From assembly GCA_963675745.2 (NCBI GenBank), contig CAXXWX010000026.1, positions 224,001 through 288,000 on the forward strand: a DNA stretch of 64,000 bases. Reading direction: 5' to 3'. This document shows positions 29,240-38,001 of this stretch, one piece after another. The notes below the pieces were generated by a model that was not told the DNA's origin, did not search any database, and saw only the letters and a program-made list of their open reading frames with translations. The stretch's first letter is position 1. Every line of letters begins with the position of its first letter. Origin of the DNA: Phycisphaerae bacterium. GTDB taxonomy: Bacteria > Planctomycetota > Phycisphaerae > UBA1845 > Fen-1342. The position numbers and the translations under genes are program-made.

Positions 29240-31408
29240 TCACGACAGAGTGGCAACCTCCTCGTCGACGGGCGCACTCTCAACACCACGCCGCGAGATC
29301 TCCAACGCACACGCGTGCAAAAAGTCGACCAGTTTCGCCGAACCGAGCTGCTTGCCCTCGCGCGTACGGACGTTTACACAATTTTCGGCGGCTTCCTGTT
29401 CCCCCAGCACGAGAATATAGGGCACCTTTTCCATGGTCGCGCGCCGAATCTTCGCCCCGATGCGATCGCTGCTGTCGTCCAGTTCGACACGCAGACCGGC
29501 CGCCTGACAGGCTGCAAAGACCTTGTTCGCGTATTCCTGCGACTTCTCGCTCACCGAGCAGACAACAACCTGTACCGGGGCCAGCCACATCGGAAACGCG
29601 CCGGCAAAATGCTCTATCAGAATGCCCACGAAACGCTCAAAGCTGCCCAGCGGCGCGCGGTGTACCATGATGGGTCGATGCTCGGCGTTGTCGTCGCCGA
29701 TGTAAGTCAACCCGAAGCGCTCCGGTAGATTGTAGTCGACCTGAATGGTGCCAAGCTGCCACTCGCGCTCCAGACAGTCCTTGACGATGAAATCTATCTT
29801 GGGGCCGTAGAAGGCCGCCTCGCCTTGCTCCTCGGTGTAGTGCAGACCGGCCTGACGCACGATGGCCCGCAGCGCGTCTTCGGCCTTGGCCCAGTTGGCA
29901 TCGCTGCCGATGTACTTCTCGCCGCCCGCCCCGCGCAGCCCGACGCGCACCCGGTAATCATCCAACTGCACCATCTTGAGCACGTGTTGCGCCATCTCGA
30001 CACAGCCGCGGATTTCGTCGGCGAGCTGATCAGCCGTGCAGAAGATGTGAGCGTCGTCCTGCGTAAAGCCGCGCACGCGGGTCAAGCCGTGTACCTCGCC
30101 GGACTGCTCAAAACGGTACACATGGCCGAATTCGGCCAGGCGCACCGGCAGGTCGCGGTAACTCCGCTTTTCGGACGCATAGATGCGTACGTGGTGCGGG
30201 CAGTTCATCGGCCGCAACAGATACCCATCCTCGGCTTGCAGCCAGGTGCGAATCCGTTTGAGCCGCTCCTCAACCGGAGCATTCGCCGGATAGCCGGCAT
30301 CCTTGAGATACTCGTGCTGCTCGGCCAGTTCATGAAACAACGCCAGCTCTTTGTCTGAAGCGGTCTCGCCGCCGGCCTCCAGCGCCACCTCCCACAATTC
30401 GTTGAGCCGCTCGGCGCGCTTCGACTCAAACAACGGCGGATATTGGCTGTCCTTGTAATAGGGGTAGTGGCCGCTGGTGCGATAGAGATCAAGCTTGCCA
30501 ATCTGTGGCGTATAGACCGGCTGGTAGCCGCGGCGCAAGAGCTCGCCGCGGATTTCCTCTTCGAGCGCGTGACGCAAAACGGCGCCACGTGGCTTCCAGA
30601 GCGCCAGCCCCGGGCCGACGGTCGAATCGAGCACAAAGAGGCCCAGTTCCTGGCCAATCTTGCGATGATCGCGCTTCTTCGCCTCTTCGAGTTTCCGCAG
30701 ATACTCGTTGAGCGCCTTCTTGTCGGGCCAGGTGGTGCCGTACACGCGCTGGAGCATCTGCCGGCCGGCGTCGCCGTGCCAATAGGCGCCGGCGACACTC
30801 ATGACCTTGAACGCCCCCACGTGTTTGGTGGTTGGCACATGCGGACCGCGACAGAGATCCTCGAAACACCCGCTGTTCGGTTCGCCGGTCACGTAAAAGC
30901 TGAGCACGTCGCCATCGGCGCGTTCAGCATTGTCGATCTTGTATTCGTTGCCTTCAGCGCGCAGCTTGGGCATGGCCTCATCGCGGCGCATCTCGTAGCG
31001 CGTAAACGGGCGGGCCTCCTTCACGATCTCCTTCATCTTGGCTTCGATGCGTTTGAAGTCGTCCGGCGTCAGGCTGTGTTCGAGATCGATGTCGTAGTAG
31101 AACCCGTTCTCGACCGGCGGGCCGTAGACAAGCTTGGCTTCGGGCCACAGCGCGCAGATGGCCTCGGCCATCACGTGGGCGCAGCTATGCCTGGCGACCT
31201 CGAGCCCTTCCTCGTCGCTGAGCGTCAGAGCGCGAAACTCGACCTCGGGTTCGGTGATCAGGTCGCCCATTTCCACTAGCCGACCGTTGGCCTTGGCCGC
31301 CACGGTCTGGCGCGCCAGCCCCTCGCTGATCGTGCCGACCACGTCGCGCGCGGCCACGCCGTTGTCAAACTTCAGCGACTTACCATCGGGGAGATGAATC
31401 TTTACCAT
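29240..31408 (-). CDS. thrS: Threonine--tRNA ligase
   Basis: TGS domain, RHSCAHVMAEA, DLCRGPH, DHRKIG, RPMNCPHH, RVRGFTQDDAH, FYGPKID, HRAPLGSFERF. Confidence 0.98.
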   Translation of the reverse strand: MVKIHLPDGKSLKFDNGVAARDVVGTISEGLARQTVAAKANGRLVEMGDLITEPEVEFRALTLSDEEGLEVARHSCAHVMAEAICALWPEAKLVYGPPVENGFYYDIDLEHSLTPDDFKRIEAKMKEIVKEARPFTRYEMRRDEAMPKLRAEGNEYKIDNAERADGDVLSFYVTGEPNSGCFEDLCRGPHVPTTKHVGAFKVMSVAGAYWHGDAGRQMLQRVYGTTWPDKKALNEYLRKLEEAKKRDHRKIGQELGLFVLDSTVGPGLALWKPRGAVLRHALEEEIRGELLRRGYQPVYTPQIGKLDLYRTSGHYPYYKDSQYPPLFESKRAERLNELWEVALEAGGETASDKELALFHELAEQHEYLKDAGYPANAPVEERLKRIRTWLQAEDGYLLRPMNCPHHVRIYASEKRSYRDLPVRLAEFGHVYRFEQSGEVHGLTRVRGFTQDDAHIFCTADQLADEIRGCVEMAQHVLKMVQLDDYRVRVGLRGAGGEKYIGSDANWAKAEDALRAIVRQAGLHYTEEQGEAAFYGPKIDFIVKDCLEREWQLGTIQVDYNLPERFGLTYIGDDNAEHRPIMVHRAPLGSFERFVGILIEHFAGAFPMWLAPVQVVVCSVSEKSQEYANKVFAACQAAGLRVELDDSSDRIGAKIRRATMEKVPYILVLGEQEAAENCVNVRTREGKQLGSAKLVDFLHACALEISRRGVESAPVDEEVATLS

Positions 31409-31549
31409 GCTTGGCTGTTCCTCATGAGAGCAACGAGGCCCCAGCCGCCGGCACTTGATTCGATGTGATGGTCGGTGGAAACGCGAAACACGCTGGAACC
31501 TCGATGATCAACTGCATAGACACACTGCCGCCCGTGGCGGGCCTCCGAC

Positions 31550-31582
31550 TCATGCTGGTGTTGTCTGTGTCAGTCGCATCAT
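31550..31582 (-). CDS. Putative Thr-rich leader peptide (MMRLTQTTPA) of thrS
   Basis: GAAGGAA SD, then ATG ATG CGA CTG ACA CAG ACA ACA CCA GCA TGA, located between a predicted promoter and thrS. Confidence 0.65.
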   Translation of the reverse strand: MMRLTQTTPA

Positions 31583-31631
31583 CTGATTCCTTCTGCTGCC
31601 GAGCGTCCCGGACAGGACGCGCTCACCGTTA

Positions 31632-31660
31632 ATAATGAGCCCATTTCGGGGGTAAGTCAA
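31632..31660 (-). promoter_or_regulatory. Putative sigma70-type promoter of the thrS leader
   Basis: Minus strand reads TTGACT (31660-31655), 17-nt spacer, CATTAT (31637-31632). Confidence 0.6.
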
Positions 31661-31754
31661 CCCGAACCCGTACTGGCGGCACACTAATTATCGGCAGCCA
31701 ATGCACACCAACCTAACCGCAGGTCCTGCCCGACGTGTTGAGTATATCAGCGTA

Positions 31755-31860
31755 CAGAGGTCAGAGGTCAGAGGTCAGCTCTCAGCCTGAGGCTGGCCGC
31801 CGACGGCGCACAGCCGTTTCTGTGATGTTCCTGATCACTGAAAACTGAACACTGAAAACT
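31755..31860. repeat. Inverted heptamer arrays (TCAGAGG)n ... (ACTGAAn)n
   Basis: CAGAGGTCAGAGGTCAGAGGTCAGCTCTCAG ... CTGATCACTGAAAACTGAACACTGAAAACT. Confidence 0.75.
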
Positions 31861-31909
31861 ACCCCCCCCGCCACCAGCCCGACCCGCGACGCCATGGGCA
31901 ACCGCCCGC

Positions 31910-32512
31910 TCAGACGCCGCTGATGGTATCTCCCTGCTGGTGCATGGACTGATGCGAATACGCCGTTGCCACGAGGGCCGCCAGCAACGCGGGCACAAGC
32001 AATGACCAGTCCGAGGCCCAACTGACGAACGTGTACCCCAGGCTGGGCGCAAAAGTGGCCGTGAATCCGGCGACGCCAAGCACCATCAAAACCGCGCCCT
32101 GCAACGTGGTAAGCACCAGCGTCATGGAGCGTTGGCATACCCAGGCGAACAACAGGCCCAGGCCGCCACACAATACCGCGGCACCAAACTGCCAGACGGC
32201 GTCGAGCCTGGCCTGATCGGCAAGGTATATCCCCAAAACACCCCAGACCGCCGCGGACGCCAGGGCCATCGAGGCCCGTTGGAAACGGAAGGCGGTTATC
32301 CCGCCGGCCAGCGACGCCAAGGCCGCGAGAAGTTCGGGCGACATGTCGGCGTTGATCGCAATCACCGCGCCGATCAGCCAACCGACGCCGGCGCACGTGA
32401 GGGCCAGCAGGGGCTTAAAGAACCGAAAACCATAAAACGCGTACACCATTCCGATAGCGAGGGTCAGGAATCCGACCGTACCGGATTGACTGGTGATCCA
32501 GTCCAGAAGCAT
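31910..32512 (-). CDS. DUF4203/TMEM198-like membrane protein
   Basis: GMVYAFYGFRFFKPLLAL..G.GWLIG motif; about 7 TM helices; LTTLQGAVL. ATG start at 32512. Confidence 0.78.
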   Translation of the reverse strand: MLLDWITSQSGTVGFLTLAIGMVYAFYGFRFFKPLLALTCAGVGWLIGAVIAINADMSPELLAALASLAGGITAFRFQRASMALASAAVWGVLGIYLADQARLDAVWQFGAAVLCGGLGLLFAWVCQRSMTLVLTTLQGAVLMVLGVAGFTATFAPSLGYTFVSWASDWSLLVPALLAALVATAYSHQSMHQQGDTISGV

Positions 32513-32713
32513 ATCTTGATGACCGTTCAACAAAGAACTCCGTTGGCGAGGCGCTGTTCTGGCCACTCTCATAATGGCAATGATGCAGGCGCATCAGCAA
32601 CCTGAGGCGTGGAGAAATCGCGCGTGGGCCGTGCGTATTTGAAGAACGCCTGATAACAAACGCGTGGACGATGGGTAATCGCGATAGGGTCTCAAGCGCC
32701 GTGCGCCCGATCT

Positions 32714-33541
32714 TCAGCCGGCGACGGGCTTGGCCGCGGCCCCGGCGGGCGCGTCAGACGAATCCGCAGCGCTCGTTTTGCGCGATGTGCCGCGGTCACG
32801 GCGGCGCTGGTCAAGCAGATTGTACAGGACTGAAAACAGCCAGATGCCTCCGGTGACACCCCACGTCCACGAGCCAAGCTGAGCGGCTTGCTCGTGCAGG
32901 CCCAGCAGGTGCAGCAGCCCGTAAACGCCCGCAAGAAGTGTCAGTGTGCCAAGGGTGGCGGCCGCGACCGCCCGCGCGATCGCCGGCAACATCAGGCCAA
33001 ACACGAGCCCAGCCAGCCCGGTCGAGATCGCGATCGCCAACAGGCTCATCTCGAGGTGGGGAACATGCGCTTGAAGATAGTCCCACTCAACACGCTGCAT
33101 CCACCCGCCAAACACGGCCGGCGATTCTCCAGCGTCAAGCAGAGTTACGTCGACGCCCTCGCCGGCGCGGTAGCGCCATATGGCTGGATCGAGAACCTTG
33201 GCGTAGTAGAGGCCCAGCGAACCACAGGTTGCGAACAGGGCAAACAGCGCCGCCAGCCAGATACGTGCCAGAAAAACGCCCAGTAGTAACAGGGCGACTG
33301 AGGCAATCAGTGTTGTCGGCAAGTGAGGCAAGCCGGCTTGTCGCGCGACGAGCGCCCCCGCCCCGGCCCCGACCCCGGCGAAAACTATCGAGATCAGGAA
33401 CGTCGTCAGCCGCGCACCCTTCAGCAGCAAGACCGCCGCCGCCAGCAACACGCCGATCGTGACGACCCAAGGTGTCCACTCGTAGCCGCCGGCCAGATGT
33501 TGGCGGGTTGTCTCGATCAGATTGTCGGCCAACTCATACAT
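32714..33541 (-). CDS. Polytopic membrane protein, possible divergent DUF4203 paralog with a soluble insertion
   Basis: LLLKGARLTTFLISIVFAGVG and AAATLGTLTLLAG echo the neighbouring gene; multiple TM helices. Confidence 0.65.
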   Translation of the reverse strand: MYELADNLIETTRQHLAGGYEWTPWVVTIGVLLAAAVLLLKGARLTTFLISIVFAGVGAGAGALVARQAGLPHLPTTLIASVALLLLGVFLARIWLAALFALFATCGSLGLYYAKVLDPAIWRYRAGEGVDVTLLDAGESPAVFGGWMQRVEWDYLQAHVPHLEMSLLAIAISTGLAGLVFGLMLPAIARAVAAATLGTLTLLAGVYGLLHLLGLHEQAAQLGSWTWGVTGGIWLFSVLYNLLDQRRRDRGTSRKTSAADSSDAPAGAAAKPVAG

Positions 33542-33587
33542 CTCTAGTGCTCTCGTCGCTGTGTCCCGCGTCTATCAGGCAAGTGGC

Positions 33588-34493
33588 CTAGGGCGTCGCG
33601 GGTTGGAACCAGATCTCGCCTTTAGGTCGCAAATCGTAGACGCCCGCGGGGGGAAGTTCTCCGCCGGAGCCAAACTGCTCGCGCAACCGGTCCAGCTTTT
33701 CCGCGGCGAGCGCTTCCGTCTCAAACTCCTTGCCCGGCGCGCGTCCCCAGATGATATTCACATCCGGGCTGATGGTTTTGATACGCAGTACGCCCGTCGT
33801 CGAGTCAGCATAGCCGGAGACATCGACGGCTTTCAAGACATTTCGGTGTGGCAGACGCCCATCGACACCGGCTCGGTTGAGCAGACTGACAAGCGCCAGG
33901 CCCCCTTCCCGGTCGATACCCGGCCACAGATTACCCTGCCCGGGCGGAGCGTGGTGCAACCCGTCGATCGGCAGCCAGCGCGGATCGACTCGCTCCCGCG
34001 CGATGGCAGGCCAAAGCTGATACCCCGCGTGGTCCAGCAGGTATGCGTTATTACCACGGAGGGCGTAAGTCAGCGGCTTGCGGAATTCAGCCGTAACACG
34101 GACGACATTATCGGCCCGCTTGGTGACGCGGTACACGTCGGCGATCCAGGGCGATGACGCCGCCCGGCTGTGTACCCATTCGCACAGGCCTTCGTAGTGC
34201 GGGTCGGCGTCTGCCGCCAGGCCGATCCGATCCTCTATCTCCGTCAGCACCTCGGCGTAGCGCTCATCGGCGAGCCACGCCGGCAGGTTCGTCCACTCTA
34301 TACGCGTCGGGTACGTCGAAGGTTCGCCATAAGCCGACAGCGCATACGGCTCGATCGCATTAAGACCGTAGGCCAGCGCCGCGAAAGTCGCCAACCAGCC
34401 AACCCCCAGGCCTACGCGCCGTACAGCGGTGACCGTGAGCAGCGGCCCGCGTTTCTTGGTCTTGCGGCGTTTTGTCGGAGCTTTACGCGCCAC
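33588..34493 (-). CDS. ftsQ: FtsQ/DivIB-like cell division protein (divergent)
   Basis: Basic N-tail, single TM helix, SPWIADVYRVTK...VRVTAEFRKP...YLLDHAG POTRA/beta-domain pattern; overlaps the end of ddl. Confidence 0.7.
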   Translation of the reverse strand: MARKAPTKRRKTKKRGPLLTVTAVRRVGLGVGWLATFAALAYGLNAIEPYALSAYGEPSTYPTRIEWTNLPAWLADERYAEVLTEIEDRIGLAADADPHYEGLCEWVHSRAASSPWIADVYRVTKRADNVVRVTAEFRKPLTYALRGNNAYLLDHAGYQLWPAIARERVDPRWLPIDGLHHAPPGQGNLWPGIDREGGLALVSLLNRAGVDGRLPHRNVLKAVDVSGYADSTTGVLRIKTISPDVNIIWGRAPGKEFETEALAAEKLDRLREQFGSGGELPPAGVYDLRPKGEIWFQPATP

Positions 34494-35412
34494 GCGCGTC
34501 CTCCAATGCCATCAGCACCAGCCGTTCCACCAGCGCGTCAAAACCAAGGCCCTGGGCGGCGGCGGCTTTGGGCACAAGCGAATGACTGGTGAACCCGGGG
34601 AGGGTGTTCACCTCAAGAAACCACGGTTTTCCAGCGCGGTCCACGATCCAGTCAAGGCGCGCCAGATGTCGGCAACCCAACCGCTCGAATATCTGCTCAC
34701 TGCGGGTGCGCAGCTCACGCAGCAACTCGTCGGGTTGCCCCGTCTCAAACACGTATTCGGTCGAGTCGTCGACGTATTTCGCCTTGTAGTCATAAAACCC
34801 GCCCTGGGGTCGCACGCAAACCGGCGCCAGAGCCGACTTTTCGAGGATGCCGACGGTCAGCTCGTCACCGTCGATGAACTGCTCGACCATCGCGCGGCCA
34901 TACGCCGATGTTACGTCGCGGATCGCCCGGTCAAACTCATCTCGGGCATGGATCGCGCACGTGTGTACGCTGCTGCCCTGGTCCACGGGCTTGACCACGG
35001 CCGGTAGCGGCAGCGCGGTGGTGTCAACGTCGCCGTCTTCAGCGCCAACGATCACGTGTGCGGCCACGTTGATTCCAAGCGGCGTCACGGCCTGCTTGGT
35101 GAGCTCCTTGTCCATCGCAACGGCCGACGCGCGGGAACCTGAGCCGACGAAGCAAAGTCCGCGATCCTCCATGATTCGCTGCAACTGGCCGTCCTCACCA
35201 AACGTCCCGTGCAAGGCTGGGAAGATGACGTCGGCAGGGTGCTCGAGCGCGGCGAGATTCTCCTGGTCGATGTCAGCCAGGAACACCTCGTGCCCGCGAT
35301 TGCGCAGAGCCTGGGCAATCGCCGCGCCGGATTGCAGGCTGACCTCGCGCTCGGCGCTGGGGCCACCGGCAAGAACAGTGACGCGCAGGTTGTGGGGGTT
35401 GGGGGACGTCAT
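34483..35412 (-). CDS. ddl: D-alanine--D-alanine ligase
   Basis: GGPSAEREVSLQSG, ALHGTFGEDG, FYDYKAKY, LEVNTLPGFT. Confidence 0.97.
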   Translation of the reverse strand: MTSPNPHNLRVTVLAGGPSAEREVSLQSGAAIAQALRNRGHEVFLADIDQENLAALEHPADVIFPALHGTFGEDGQLQRIMEDRGLCFVGSGSRASAVAMDKELTKQAVTPLGINVAAHVIVGAEDGDVDTTALPLPAVVKPVDQGSSVHTCAIHARDEFDRAIRDVTSAYGRAMVEQFIDGDELTVGILEKSALAPVCVRPQGGFYDYKAKYVDDSTEYVFETGQPDELLRELRTRSEQIFERLGCRHLARLDWIVDRAGKPWFLEVNTLPGFTSHSLVPKAAAAQGLGFDALVERLVLMALEDARGA

Positions 35413-35437
35413 GCCGGCCGATCCTCGGCAAATCCGT

Positions 35438-36319
35438 TCACCAGACTTCGACCTCGAGCTCCAGCTCGATACCGTGTGCTTCGCGTACGCGATCCTTCGC
35501 GAGCGCGACTAATTCTAACACATCGCGTGCCGTCGCGCCAGCGTGCGCCAGGATGAAATTCGCGTGGCGCTTGCTGATCTCGGCGTTTCCGCGGCGCTGC
35601 CCCTTCATACCGGCCTGGTCGAGCAACATACCGGCCGAGTTGCCGGGCGGGTTCTTGAATATGCAGCCGGCGCTGCGCGCGCCGAGCGGCGGCTGGTCGG
35701 CGCTTTTCTCAAGCCACACGCGCCGATGCTCGGCAAGCAAGTCGTCGCTGCTACCCGGTGCCAGCACGAACGTGGCATCGAGCACGATTGCACCGCGTAA
35801 ATCGGTATGGCGGTAACTGAAAGCCACGTCACGCCCCGCGACCTCGGCGATCGTACCGTCGGCTTGAAGCAGGCGCAGCTTCTCAATCCTGTCGGCCACC
35901 ATTCCGTACTTCCCGCCGGCGTTCATGCGCACGATTCCGCCGACCGTACCCGGAATACCCGCCAGCCCCTCCAACCCGGCCAGACCGCGCGCGCAGGCTT
36001 CTTTGACAAGTTGGGTGAAGTCGGTGCCGGCACCGGCACGCACGCGCGGCGGAGTCCACGTCACCTCCTGCCACGCCGCGCCGCTCAGCATGATCACGGC
36101 GGCATCAACACCCTCGTCGCGGACGAGCACATTCGCGCCGCGCCCCAGCACGCGCCAACTGACATCCGCCATGCGGCAGCGCGCCAGCAATTCGACAAGC
36201 TCGTCTTCATCGGAGGGTGTGAAAAGCCAGCGTGCCGCCCCGCCCAGTCGATACCACGTCAGGTCGGACAACGGGGCTTCAGGCCGGCAACTGGCCTCCA
36301 AGCCTCTGTACCAAGTCAT
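35438..36319 (-). CDS. murB: UDP-N-acetylmuramate dehydrogenase
   Basis: LGRGANVLV, GIPGTVGG..MNAG, SAGCIFKNP, HANFI, LELEV. Confidence 0.97.
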   Translation of the reverse strand: MTWYRGLEASCRPEAPLSDLTWYRLGGAARWLFTPSDEDELVELLARCRMADVSWRVLGRGANVLVRDEGVDAAVIMLSGAAWQEVTWTPPRVRAGAGTDFTQLVKEACARGLAGLEGLAGIPGTVGGIVRMNAGGKYGMVADRIEKLRLLQADGTIAEVAGRDVAFSYRHTDLRGAIVLDATFVLAPGSSDDLLAEHRRVWLEKSADQPPLGARSAGCIFKNPPGNSAGMLLDQAGMKGQRRGNAEISKRHANFILAHAGATARDVLELVALAKDRVREAHGIELELEVEVW

Positions 36320-37715
36320 CGGCCACTTTCCAGATCGTGCCGGCCCCCATGGTCATGACCACATCACCCGGGGCCAGATCGCGTTGCACGCGGTCCACGA
36401 TCGCTTTGAAGTCGGGTATGTACTCGGCGCTGCCGCCGCGCTCTTTGATGCGCTTGACCAGATCCTCGGCGCAGACGGCTTCTCGATCCCGTGCGCTGTC
36501 GCGTACGAAATATATGTCCGGCACGATCACGCGATCGGCGCGCGAGAGGCTGGTGGAAAAATCGTCGAGCAGAAAACGTGTGCGTGAATGCTGATGCGGC
36601 TGAAAGATGCACCACAAGCGTGTCGGCTGAAAACGTTCCCTGGCGGTGGCCAGCGTGGCACGAATCTCGGTGGGATGATGTGCGTAATCATCGACAATCG
36701 TGACGCCATCGATCGCCGCCCGCACCTCGAGACGCCGACTGACGCCCTCGTAGCTGCTGAGCGCCTGCGCGATGACTTCAAACGTCACGCCTGCATCGTT
36801 CGCCAGCGCGATCACGGCCAGCGCGTTGAGCACGTTGTGTCGGCCGGCCAGACCCAGCGTGAAGCACCCTCGCTGAGCGCCGTTGTGGCACAAGTTGAAG
36901 CTGTAACGCCCCTCCTCGGCGGTGAGCTGCGTGGCACGCCAGGTGTTTCCCTCGCCGAAACCGAACGTCTCGACGCGTGACTTACCACCGCTTCGCAGCT
37001 CGGAGCACGCGTCGTCATCCCCGTTGACCACGAGCAATCCGCTCCGCGGTAAGCGCTCGGCGAAGCTCGCGAATGCGCCCTGGATCGCGCCCAGGTCGGC
37101 GTAGTAATCGAGGTGGTCTTCCTCGATGTTCAGCACGGCCGCCGCGCCAGGATTGAGGTTGAGGAACGAGCGATCGTACTCGCAGGCCTCGGCCACGAAG
37201 TGCGGGCCGCTGCCGGCGGCGCTGGCGCCGGAGAGTTGCCGACTGACCGCGCCGACCACGAAACTCGGGTCAAGCCCGGCCAGGCGCAGCGCATAGGCCA
37301 CCCACGCGCTCGTGGTGCTCTTGCCGTGTGTCCCGCTGATCGCGACGCCGTCGTAACGCTGCATCAGCGCGCCCAGAAGCTGGGCGTAGCGCATCATCGG
37401 GATGCCGCGGCTTTGCGCGGCGAGCATCTCCGGATGCGTCGGCTTGACGGCGGCCGACGAGACCAGGAGCTGAGCCCCCGCCGGCAGCATGACGGATGAT
37501 TGCTCGAGCTGGATTTCCGCGCCCTGGTCGCGCAGCGACGCAATGATCGGCGACGGACATGCATCCGTGCCCGTCACGATCGCGCCATGGCGCAGCAGCA
37601 ACGCGGCCAGGCCAGACATGCCGCTGCCGCCGATGCCGACCATGTGGACGTGATACCCCGCCAGCTTGCACGGCAGGAGCGACGGCGTGGAGCTCGTGGT
37701 GGGATTAGCACTCAT
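36279..37715 (-). CDS. murC: UDP-N-acetylmuramate--L-alanine ligase
   Basis: VGIGGSGMSGLA, SGTHGKSTTS, EACEYDRSF, DDYAHHPTEI, FQPH, MGAG. ATG start at 37715. Confidence 0.97.
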   Translation of the reverse strand: MSANPTTSSTPSLLPCKLAGYHVHMVGIGGSGMSGLAALLLRHGAIVTGTDACPSPIIASLRDQGAEIQLEQSSVMLPAGAQLLVSSAAVKPTHPEMLAAQSRGIPMMRYAQLLGALMQRYDGVAISGTHGKSTTSAWVAYALRLAGLDPSFVVGAVSRQLSGASAAGSGPHFVAEACEYDRSFLNLNPGAAAVLNIEEDHLDYYADLGAIQGAFASFAERLPRSGLLVVNGDDDACSELRSGGKSRVETFGFGEGNTWRATQLTAEEGRYSFNLCHNGAQRGCFTLGLAGRHNVLNALAVIALANDAGVTFEVIAQALSSYEGVSRRLEVRAAIDGVTIVDDYAHHPTEIRATLATARERFQPTRLWCIFQPHQHSRTRFLLDDFSTSLSRADRVIVPDIYFVRDSARDREAVCAEDLVKRIKERGGSAEYIPDFKAIVDRVQRDLAPGDVVMTMGAGTIWKVADDLVQRLGGQLPA

Positions 37716-37773
37716 GACCTGGAGAGTATCGGCAAACCCGGCTTGCCTCAACATGGAGAGCAGGGAACACCGA

Positions 37774-37905
37774 GAGCCGTCAGCTTCCAGCGATCAGCCA
37801 TCAGCTATCAGCTACAACAACTGACTGCGCCCGACGAGACGCTGTTTCTGTGGCTGACCGCTGAGAGCTGATCGCTGACCGCTGACCGCTGAATACTGAC
37901 GGCTC
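37774..37905. repeat. Inverted heptamer arrays (TCAGCnn)n ... (GCTGAnn)n forming a long hairpin
   Basis: Ends GAGCCGTCAG / CTGACGGCTC; internal ATCAGCC ATCAGCT ATCAGCT and GCTGACC GCTGAGA GCTGATC GCTGACC GCTGACC. Confidence 0.85.
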
Positions 37906-38001
37906 CTTTGCACTTTGCGGGCATACGTGGTAGTTAACGGGCCGCCGGGTGAGCCAAAGCCCGCGGTTGGCCGGCCCGCGAGCACATGGACAGAGGGTTC
38001 G

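Noticed and set aside
31409..31660. T-box riboswitch upstream of thrS
   Set aside because: I found no UGGnACC-type T-box bulge and no U-tailed terminator. The leader-peptide model fits better; an Rfam scan would settle it.
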